Shown here: in pieces, positions 41,239-48,630 of the stretch | Layout of the letters: the number at the start of each line of letters is the position of its first letter | How positions within the stretch are numbered: the stretch's first letter is position 1 | Assembly: GCA_023245415.1 (NCBI GenBank) | Contig: JAHFKJ010000004.1 | Coordinates: forward strand, 2,798-66,797 | DNA length: 64,000 nt | From: Candidatus Gottesmanbacteria bacterium | GTDB lineage: Bacteria; Patescibacteriota; Microgenomatia; UBA10105 | Direction: 5' to 3' | The notes under the pieces: generated by a model | What the model saw: the letters and a program-made list of their open reading frames with translations, nothing else | Databases searched by the model: none | What the model was told of the DNA's origin: nothing | Position numbers and translations under genes: made by a program

Positions 41239-41505
41239 CTAATTTATTCCCAAAAACTCTTTTATCATCATTCGTAACGTTGTTTTTCCTTTGGTGGTTT
41301 TGAAATATTCTTCTCTGCGTTTCGCATCTTTTTCATTGCGATACGCTTCATAATGAATGAGCTCAAAGGGAATATAGGGTTTTGTAGAAAGTTCAGAACC
41401 AGAATTGTGCTCTTGTACACGTCTTTTTAGATCTGAAGTAAAACCGACGTAAATAAAATCTTTTGTTAGACTACTTAGAACATACACGTAATAGAAATTC
41501 GACAT
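41239..41505 (-). CDS. Small GIY-YIG nuclease (#1)
   Basis: YVY..S....YVG.T.DL.RR..EHNSG...HYEAY....A..RE..FK. Confidence 0.9.
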   Translation of the reverse strand: MSNFYYVYVLSSLTKDFIYVGFTSDLKRRVQEHNSGSELSTKPYIPFELIHYEAYRNEKDAKRREEYFKTTKGKTTLRMMIKEFLGIN

Positions 41506-41670
41506 GAGTAATAGTGAGGACGCACCAGTCGTGACGAACCATACGATTCATCACTCCGGCGCATCCCAACGCGCACAACAGTTTTAGTCACGCTATCGTG
41601 GCGAAAAGGTATACCGTCGGGTATACCTCGTAGCGGTGCACCGTATGGTGCGCTGCTCGCCACCACGCCG
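41506..41670 (-). other. GC-rich multi-hairpin leader of GIY-YIG #1
   Basis: Stems GTGGCGA/TCGCCAC, GCACC/GGTGC, AGGTATACC/GGTATACCT, GATGCGCC/GGTGCGTC and GTGATGAATC/GGTTCGTCAC. Confidence 0.7.
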
Positions 41671-41785
41671 ATTACACTATATCAGATTTTCAATAGGGAA
41701 ACGGTTGCCAGACTTAGGATCCAACTCGAAGTAGCACAAAAACTAGCCAATAATCCGCTCTATTATGAAGTTGTGGAGGTAACCA

Positions 41786-41989
41786 ATGGAAGATTTTGCC
41801 AACTACCCGTACCGTCTGAGAACTAAAAATGGACGCTATGTGAGCCAACAAACACTCTCTAGGTTGTCCAGCTATAGCCAGAAGTATCTGTCGTTATCGG
41901 AAACTGGAAAAGCTAAACTGTTTACGCGTTGCCTGAAGATAATTTTGGAGTCGTTAGGGATAAAATATATCGCTCCAGGACACTTCTAA
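41786..41989 (+). CDS. XRE-type HTH protein (possibly a remnant)
   Basis: SQQTLS....SQKYLS..ETG. Confidence 0.45.
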   Translation: MEDFANYPYRLRTKNGRYVSQQTLSRLSSYSQKYLSLSETGKAKLFTRCLKIILESLGIKYIAPGHF

Positions 41990-42144
41990 AAAGAATTTTG
42001 TGTGTTTCGACAAGTGTTTTCATTAACCTTTCTTTCTGCGCTGAGGTAGTTGTTTCTAAGTTGGTGGAAAAAACTATTCTTTTTATCTTCTGATTATGCC
42101 TTATAATAGCCTCTGTCATGAAATTTAACCTCAAGTGTAGGAAT

Positions 42145-44586
42145 TTATTTTAACCATCTTCGAACTACATTTAGCCGATAGACTAATTTAAACGTTTCGA
42201 CAATGAAAAACATAAGAACCGATAAACCTATTGCAATGAGCCAATAATTCAAACCTAGATTACTTAACCCAAAAAATTGCATCATAGTGGGTGTTGAGAA
42301 TGGCAACACCTGTAAACTAAACCCGGCAAGAACGGCAATTATCAGCCATTTGTTTTCAAAAAGATGATTTCTCCAAAATGGAGTCAATAATGCTCTTACG
42401 GAAAAAACATAAGCCAGAGAGTTAAGCCCCAAGGTAATAAAAACTACAGAACGAGCCATGATAATATCGCCAGACATTTTATATACGATAACGAATGACG
42501 ACAGCGCTATTAAACCCGCCACTAAGCTCACAAAACCTATGAGAGCAATCATCCATCTATTCACTAAGCGCTCTCCTGACGGACGGGGTTTCTCTCTCAT
42601 AATACCCGTCCTTTTAGGATCAATTGTTAATGTTAAATTTGGGAATCCGTCTGAAATCAAATTTATCCAGAGAATCTGGACAGCGCTTATTGGTAAGGGT
42701 AATCCAAGTACTATGCCTCCAACAACAACCAGAATCTCTGCAAAAGCATCACACATCAGATATAGGATTATTTTTCTGATGTTTTCAAACATTACTCTTC
42801 CTTCTTCTATCGCTCCTATTATCGTAGAAAAGTTAGAATCTAGAAGAACTAAATCTGCTGATTCTTTAGCAACGTCAGTCGCTTCACCTACCACAATACC
42901 AATATCAGCCTTGTGTAATGCCGGTGCGTCATTGACTCCGTCACCCATCATTGCCACAATTTCCCCATTTCTTTTCAAAGCTTCCACTATCATTAGCTTT
43001 TGATCGGGGGTGGTTCTGGCAAATAGCCGTATTGATTTTACTTTTTGTACCAATTCCTCAACGGTTAGCTTCTCTAACTCGTCGCCTGTCATTATTTCCT
43101 CTTTATCAACTGGTATTCCTAACTCGGATAAGACAAACTCTGAAGTTTTGGGGTAATCCCCCGTAATCACGGTGGTTTTGATACCTGCCGTCTTAGCTAA
43201 ATCAAGAGCTTCTTTAACTCCCGAACGAACCGGATCTGTAAAAGCCAATATGCCTACCCAGGTAAGATTTCCTTTAGCATCAGAAGTTTCTATACTTTTT
43301 TTCTCAACGGAAACTTCTTTTTTAGCAAGACCAATAAGTCTTTTCCCTTGTTTGCTTAAATCATCAATCGTTGAAACGATATCCTCTTTTTCTTTTTCTG
43401 ACAACGTTGTCCATTCCAGTAAAAGTTCAGGCGCTCCGTTCACAAAAAGCACATTATTATCTTTATACCACTGATGGAGACTGACAAAAAAACGTTCTCT
43501 TGGAGAGAAAGGTATGCTGTCAAGTCTGGGATGTTCGGAAACAAAGTCTTTAATAATTGTTCGTCCCCACTCAAAGGCAGAGATGACAACTGGGTCATCT
43601 AAATCGTTTGCTAAAAGTACCTGTTGTGCTAATTCCATTTCGTTTCCGATATGGTCAACGACCTCCATTTTCCCTTGGGTTAAAGTACCAGTTTTATCTA
43701 CACAGATGACCGTTACCCCGCCAAGTGTTTCAGCTGCCGATAGTTTTCTCACTAATCCCCTGCGCTTAACGATCTTTTGCATACCGATAGCCAAAACTAC
43801 GGTAAGGGAAACAAGAAGCCCTTCCGGAATGCTGGATACTGCCAAAGCGACAGAAGTCACGAAGATTTCCGTCACATTAAAACGGTACAAAATGCCAATA
43901 ATGAACACTATTGCTGTTAGCACTCCTACTATAATTACCAATTGTTTACTGAATATTTTGAGTTGGCATTGAAGGGGAGAATCCTCCTCCTGTTCTTGTA
44001 TTTGTTTAGCAATCGCCCCCATTTTTGTAAATGCTCCTGTTGTTTCAACAATCATCACTCCTTGCCCTGAAGATATTGTCGTACCCATAAATACGCTATC
44101 ATCCTTAACTTTGTTAACTGGAACACTTTCACCAGTAAGTACCGCCTCATCAATATAGAGACGGTTAGCAAACGTAATTTTTCCATCAGCTGGTATTTTT
44201 ATTCCCTGATCCAAAATCACCACATCACCGGAAACAATTTCTGATGTGTTAATGGTGCTTCTTTTTCCTTCCCGGACAACATTAGCCTTGTTTGTAACGT
44301 AGTGTTTTAGGGCTAAGAGAGCGTTAGTGGCCTTACTTTCTTGGATAAACCCCAAAATGGTATTAATAAATACTGCTAAGAAGATGATAAGGGAATCGGA
44401 ATAATGCCCAATAATCAAAGTAACAAAAGCTGCAAAACCCAAGACATAGATAAGAGGACTTCTAAGCTGTTGAACAAACAAAGAAAACTGACTGGGTGGT
44501 GGTTTTTCGGGCAAAATATTCAGACCGTCCTGAAGCTGTCTCTTTTTTACTTCCTCATTTGATAATCCTTGTTCATTTGGATACAT
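42145..44586 (-). CDS. Cation-transporting P-type ATPase (P2 type)
   Basis: TGES, PEGL, DKTGTLT, TGD and GDGVNDAPAL. Confidence 0.95.
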   Translation of the reverse strand: MYPNEQGLSNEEVKKRQLQDGLNILPEKPPPSQFSLFVQQLRSPLIYVLGFAAFVTLIIGHYSDSLIIFLAVFINTILGFIQESKATNALLALKHYVTNKANVVREGKRSTINTSEIVSGDVVILDQGIKIPADGKITFANRLYIDEAVLTGESVPVNKVKDDSVFMGTTISSGQGVMIVETTGAFTKMGAIAKQIQEQEEDSPLQCQLKIFSKQLVIIVGVLTAIVFIIGILYRFNVTEIFVTSVALAVSSIPEGLLVSLTVVLAIGMQKIVKRRGLVRKLSAAETLGGVTVICVDKTGTLTQGKMEVVDHIGNEMELAQQVLLANDLDDPVVISAFEWGRTIIKDFVSEHPRLDSIPFSPRERFFVSLHQWYKDNNVLFVNGAPELLLEWTTLSEKEKEDIVSTIDDLSKQGKRLIGLAKKEVSVEKKSIETSDAKGNLTWVGILAFTDPVRSGVKEALDLAKTAGIKTTVITGDYPKTSEFVLSELGIPVDKEEIMTGDELEKLTVEELVQKVKSIRLFARTTPDQKLMIVEALKRNGEIVAMMGDGVNDAPALHKADIGIVVGEATDVAKESADLVLLDSNFSTIIGAIEEGRVMFENIRKIILYLMCDAFAEILVVVGGIVLGLPLPISAVQILWINLISDGFPNLTLTIDPKRTGIMREKPRPSGERLVNRWMIALIGFVSLVAGLIALSSFVIVYKMSGDIIMARSVVFITLGLNSLAYVFSVRALLTPFWRNHLFENKWLIIAVLAGFSLQVLPFSTPTMMQFFGLSNLGLNYWLIAIGLSVLMFFIVETFKLVYRLNVVRRWLK

Positions 44587-44606
44587 ACGTTAAATACACA
44601 CTTCTT

Positions 44607-45548
44607 TTATTTAATCCCTAAGATAAATAGGTAAGTAAAAAATAGTAATAGTAAAACTATTCCAACCCACTTTGGAATTGGCTTACCACTGTAACGTCGC
44701 AGAATAAATACAAAACAAATCGTTGTTAAGATTAACCACACCCAATCCATTATTGGTACAGTCATAACAGTGGAAAAAAGCATAGCCACGCCACCAATAA
44801 ACAATAAGTTATAAATATTGCTTCCAATGATATTGCCAATGGTAATTTTCTCTTGGTGCTCCTCCTGAGTAAAAAAAGTAGTAAATAGTTCCGGTAAAGA
44901 AGTAGCCACTGAAGTTAAAGACAACCCCAGAATCGTTGTTGAATAACCAGTGAGGATAGATATGCTCTCAACCGAAGTAACGATTAAGAAACCTCCTAAA
45001 ATAATTCCTGCGATTGATAATATGACCGAAACTATTTTTCCAAAAGTGAGTTTTTCATTGTTACGTTTCTTGAATTGTGCCGAGTCCTCATGACTTCGCC
45101 CAAACATGCCCAATTCATATTCTCCAATGGTAAATAAAATCGCCAACACAAGAAGAAACAGCCCGGAAAATAGAGAAGGGAGCTTCATCAACTGCAGAAT
45201 TAAAAAGAGTGCGGTTATACCCAAGAGAATCAATGCATTACGCTGTGTCTTGGTTGTGCCAATGCGCAGTTTTCCAATTAAAACGCCCGCTGGTAAAACC
45301 ATAAGAATATTGACGATATTTGAGCCAACGATGTTGCCAAACGCTAGACCGGCGTCATGCTTCAGAACAGCTATTGTGGATACAGTTAACTCCGGTAGTG
45401 ATGTGCCAAAAGCTACAATAGTAGTTCCAACAATAAGCGGTGAAATACGAATGACTCGAGAAATTTTTTCAACTAATTTAACGAGTGTATAAGTAGAAAA
45501 TAAAAGAACTGCAATACCTATGCAAAACTTTATTAACAAATCAATCAT
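44607..45548 (-). CDS. CaCA-family Na+/Ca2+ exchanger (YrbG-like)
   Basis: Two alpha repeats GTSLPE..GNIVGSN and ATSLPE..GNIIGSN. Confidence 0.9.
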   Translation of the reverse strand: MIDLLIKFCIGIAVLLFSTYTLVKLVEKISRVIRISPLIVGTTIVAFGTSLPELTVSTIAVLKHDAGLAFGNIVGSNIVNILMVLPAGVLIGKLRIGTTKTQRNALILLGITALFLILQLMKLPSLFSGLFLLVLAILFTIGEYELGMFGRSHEDSAQFKKRNNEKLTFGKIVSVILSIAGIILGGFLIVTSVESISILTGYSTTILGLSLTSVATSLPELFTTFFTQEEHQEKITIGNIIGSNIYNLLFIGGVAMLFSTVMTVPIMDWVWLILTTICFVFILRRYSGKPIPKWVGIVLLLLFFTYLFILGIK

Positions 45549-45621
45549 ATGTTCATTATTATGAGTTTATGCTTGAAATTCTTACGATTGAATAAAAAGT
45601 TAACGACTAAGATAAATCTAA

Positions 45622-45750
45622 GGACGGTCCTCAAACTAACCGTCACAACAATCTAAAAATAGAACAATTTCATTCACTCCTCCTTGGCTGAAATCTCTTC
45701 AGCTTCGGTCAGTGGTTTGTACCTACACCCACTCAGGAACTATACTGCTA
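45622..45750 (+). repeat. Boundary repeat arm A, copy 5, plus tail
   Basis: GGACGGTCCTCAAACTAACCGTCACAACAATCTAAAAATAGAACAATTTCATTCACTCC. Confidence 0.85.
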
Positions 45751-45790
45751 AACATGTTTAGTGTAACGAACGAAGTGTTTATAGTACATA

Positions 45791-46249
45791 TTACAATGAT
45801 TCATTCACTTCTTTAACCTGTTGTTTCGTAATCCAACCTTTTCCTTTACACGTTAAACAAATAGCTACCATGCCGGAGGTACGTACTCCACTACGGGTAA
45901 AAAACGATTTAGTCGGGGCTAATCTTGTGCCCTGACATATTGGACAAACCATTGCATCTGGAGGTTTTTGAGACAAATCCTTCTTGAAGGAAGAAAAGTA
46001 TTCCTGAAGCATCATTCGTAACGTTGTTTTTCCTTTGGTGGTTTTAAAATATTCTTCTCTGCGTTTCGCATCCTTTTCATTGCGATACGCTTCATAATGA
46101 ATGAGCTCAAAAGGAATGAAGGGCTTTGTAGAAAATTCGGAACCAGAATTGTGCTCTTGTACACGTCTTTTTAGGTCTGAAGTAAAACCGACGTAAATAA
46201 ATTCTTTCGGTATACTACTTAGAATATACACGTAATAGAAATTCGACAT
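45791..46249 (-). CDS. GIY-YIG nuclease (#2) with a C-terminal CxxCxG zinc-finger extension
   Basis: N-terminal ~80 aa nearly identical to #1; CPICQGT...CLTCKGKG; start moved to ATG 46249. Confidence 0.9.
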   Translation of the reverse strand: MSNFYYVYILSSIPKEFIYVGFTSDLKRRVQEHNSGSEFSTKPFIPFELIHYEAYRNEKDAKRREEYFKTTKGKTTLRMMLQEYFSSFKKDLSQKPPDAMVCPICQGTRLAPTKSFFTRSGVRTSGMVAICLTCKGKGWITKQQVKEVNESL

Positions 46250-46339
46250 GAGTAATAGTGGAGACGTGCCAGACGGCACATCCCTGCCTCACCATTCTTG
46301 GCGAAGCGATGAACCTAAGCGCCAGCGAATGGTTCGTTG

Positions 46340-46609
46340 CTCCCCCGGCAGGATTCGAACCTGCAACCTTCTTCTTACAGAAACCCTCTTGTTACCAAAA
46401 GGACTGGACTATCTCATTCCGCCAGATGCGGATCGGGTGTATAGTCTCTACACATTTATGATGCACCGCATGGTGCGTCAATTTAGCTCGGGATTGTCCA
46501 ACACCTATAAAGTGTAGGAGTCCCCCGAATTAGCCCGATTTTTCAAGTCGCCTTACGACGAAAAGCTGCCTTATGACAGGAAGCCGCTCTACCGTTGAGC
46601 TACAGGGGA
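46340..46609 (-). tRNA. tRNA-Asn(GTT), intron-split (exons 46576-46609 and 46340-46377)
   Basis: Spliced TCCCCTG TA GCTC AACGGTA GAGC G GCTTC CT GT|T AA GAAGA AGGTT GCAGG TTCGAAT CCTGC CGGGGGA G folds as a cloverleaf; CCA not encoded. Confidence 0.92.
46378..46575 (-). ncRNA. Group I self-splicing intron (198 nt, no ORF) in the anticodon
   Basis: 5' exon ends in U with P1 CUGU|C / GGCAG (U.G pair at the splice site); P AAUUCGGGG, Q AAUCCCGAGC, R GAGACUA, S GAUAGUCC; P3 AUCGGG/CCCGAU; terminal G. Confidence 0.9.
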
Positions 46610-46851
46610 ATATTTTGTTTTATAAATTGTCTACCGCGATAACTTTTTAACTGTTTTTCTCGTTTAAGAGCTTGCTGACGTGATTGGACTTGTTCTTGAT
46701 AAATAATTACCCAATCACCTTCCAATCTCGCAGTATAACTATTTTTAAATGTTTTTTCGTTATGTAAAAGTTCTCTAGTTTCTATATCTTCGGTTTGCCC
46801 TATATAAAACTTTCTATGCCTTTTGTTGTAAATTGCGTACACAATAAACAT
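46600..46851 (-). CDS. Small GIY-YIG nuclease (#3); stop codon inside the tRNA 5' end
   Basis: VYAIY......YIGQT.D...R...HN......SYT......W...Y.E......A..RE.QLK; ends ATT CCC CTG TAG. Confidence 0.9.
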   Translation of the reverse strand: MFIVYAIYNKRHRKFYIGQTEDIETRELLHNEKTFKNSYTARLEGDWVIIYQEQVQSRQQALKREKQLKSYRGRQFIKQNIPL

Positions 46852-46862
46852 ATAAAGCTTTT

Positions 46863-46910
46863 CAGGAAGCTGCTCCTACCTCCGCCAGTTGGCGGAGAGC
46901 TACAGGGGGA
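46863..46910 (-). repeat. Duplicate of the tRNA-Asn 5' exon with a palindrome in its D-loop
   Basis: TCCCCCTGTAGCTC[TCCGCCAACTGGCGGA]GGTAGGAGCAGCTTCCTG versus TCCCCTGTAGCTCAACGGTAGAGCGGCTTCCTG. Confidence 0.85.
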
Positions 46911-47017
46911 ATGTAAATGAGCGGTTTTATACATTTCGCACATGATTTTGCGAAAGTATAACCCCCTTCAAGCCGTTTTTATCCTCCACTGGAGGACAAA
47001 CCGGCAGAAGATGGGTA

Positions 47018-47028
47018 TATTATATCAT
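47018..47028 (-). promoter_or_regulatory. Extended -10 promoter for the tRNA/GIY-YIG unit
   Basis: Minus-strand TGATATAAT followed by two long hairpins (46923-47010). Confidence 0.5.
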
Positions 47029-47125
47029 GACTTTTTAGTTATACTCCCATCCGAGTTTTTTATGGAAATAAATTGTTAATAAAAAGTCCTTGACAAGTCC
47101 TGATATTGGTACTATAATACGTATT

Positions 47126-47380
47126 ATGAACACTCCTCAGACACAAATCAAAATTAACTTACCTCTTGCTCTTAAGGATTACCTCGAAAGTAAAGCTGCG
47201 AAATACGATATTCCTATTGCCGCCTATGTGAAACATTTAATACTCAACGATGTCATTGATTTGGACTATCCGACATTTAAGATTTCTGATGCGTCTGAAA
47301 CAAGCGCACGTAAAGCCTTGCGTGATAAAAAGAAAGCTAAAAAAGTGAATAATGTCGCCCAGTATTTTGAACAACTCTAA
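47126..47380 (+). CDS. RHH-type antitoxin
   Basis: TQIKINLP..LK..L..KA; lies upstream of a RelE-like gene; start ATG 47126. Confidence 0.65.
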   Translation: MNTPQTQIKINLPLALKDYLESKAAKYDIPIAAYVKHLILNDVIDLDYPTFKISDASETSARKALRDKKKAKKVNNVAQYFEQL

Positions 47381-47386
47381 ACGGAC

Positions 47387-47656
47387 ATGAATTTCCAAAT
47401 ATCTCCCGATCTGGAAAAGAAATTACAGAAAATTAAAGTCAAAGATAAACAACTAACAGAAAAAGTTCAAAAGCAGCTGGAATTATTTCAGAAAAATTAC
47501 TTTCACCCTTCTCTTCGAATCCATAAATTATCAGGAAATCTTGAAAATATCTGGAGTATTGCTATCGATAAGAATTATCGCATGTTATTTTTTCTAAGTG
47601 GAAAAGAGGCTTATTTTTTCGACATCGGAACTCATGATCAGGTATACAAAAAATAA
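47387..47656 (+). CDS. RelE/YafQ-like toxin
   Basis: HPSLRIHKLSG....WS.....YR..F......IGTHDQVY. Confidence 0.85.
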   Translation: MNFQISPDLEKKLQKIKVKDKQLTEKVQKQLELFQKNYFHPSLRIHKLSGNLENIWSIAIDKNYRMLFFLSGKEAYFFDIGTHDQVYKK

Positions 47657-47705
47657 TAGCATTATCCTTCATACTAATTTCTATACTTTTTGCTACAATC
47701 ACTAG

Positions 47706-48557
47706 ATGTCATGGCAGGTATTTATTGCGCTCAGCGTCGTCTCCTATTCATTTTCGACGATTCTGCAAAAATTTTTCCTGAGCAGGGAAAAGATCGACCC
47801 GATGGCTTTTTCAATCTTTTTTCAGATAGGTACCGGATTTATAATCGGAGCATTTGCCCTTGTTAATGGGAAACTTGTTTTCCCCTACATGACTTCTTTA
47901 GCTGTAAACTTTTTGCTCATGATCGTTCTCTACACTTTGGGCAATATTTTTCTTTTTTTTGCGTTACGGAAAATAAATGCGTCGCAGTTTACGGTAATAT
48001 TTTCCAGCCGGGTCTTTTTTACGATATTGGCTTCAACCTTATTTCTTCATGAAGGACTTATACCGATACAATTTGTAGGAATTATGCTGATATTTGTGAG
48101 TGTGGCATTGGTTTCGTTTAAGAATTCCCGATTTTCGCTGGGTAAATATGAACTTTTTGCACTCGGCGCAGCTGTGAGTTTTGGGTTTGGCAATAGCAAT
48201 GATCGGATTATTTTAAAATCTTTTCCATTATATCCATATGTCTCACTGGCCTTTTTACTGCCGGCCATTGCCACCATGGTGGTATTTCCGAAATCGCTGA
48301 AAAAAATTTCCTCCTTTTTTTCTTCTTTTTTGTGGGTGAAGATTTTCTTATATTGCAGCGTATATGCAATTTCAGCACTCACATTCTTTACCGCTTTACA
48401 AATCAGCAATAATTCTTCACAAGTATCAGCGCTAAGTCTTATGAGCGTCATCATAACAGTGATACTTGCGATATTTTTATTGGGTGAAAAAGAACACGTA
48501 GCCAGAAAAATCATGGGCGCGGTTCTAAGTGTCGCGGGAGTTCTGCTTTTAAGCTAA
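47706..48557 (+). CDS. EamA/DMT-family transporter
   Basis: Ten TMs in two repeats; FLHE and LLGEK. Confidence 0.85.
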   Translation: MSWQVFIALSVVSYSFSTILQKFFLSREKIDPMAFSIFFQIGTGFIIGAFALVNGKLVFPYMTSLAVNFLLMIVLYTLGNIFLFFALRKINASQFTVIFSSRVFFTILASTLFLHEGLIPIQFVGIMLIFVSVALVSFKNSRFSLGKYELFALGAAVSFGFGNSNDRIILKSFPLYPYVSLAFLLPAIATMVVFPKSLKKISSFFSSFLWVKIFLYCSVYAISALTFFTALQISNNSSQVSALSLMSVIITVILAIFLLGEKEHVARKIMGAVLSVAGVLLLS

Positions 48558-48630
48558 ATCTGCACTTAATATTGCTAGTTTTCCAAATTACCTCTTGCAA
48601 ATTAAAGTACAAATTCTTTACTATAGTTAT

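Noticed and set aside
41506-41670. tRNA or known riboswitch
   Set aside because: No T-loop/D-loop consensus or aptamer that I recognise; recorded only as an unassigned structured leader.
27985-45680. Arm A repeats as a CRISPR array
   Set aside because: Copies are kilobases apart and separated by whole genes; no cas genes are present.
26427-45750. Classical integron attC sites
   Set aside because: I see no RYYYAAC...GTTRRRY inverted boxes or long imperfect hairpin, cargo genes lie in both orientations, and there is no intI.
46248-46517. ORF-track ORFs 46248-46517 and 46258-46461
   Set aside because: They are antisense shadows of the tRNA and intron (GFEPAT/RIRT peptides are typical tRNA read-through).
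46863-46910. A second functional tRNA
   Set aside because: Only the 5' half is present, with a disrupted D-arm and no T-arm or acceptor 3' strand of its own.
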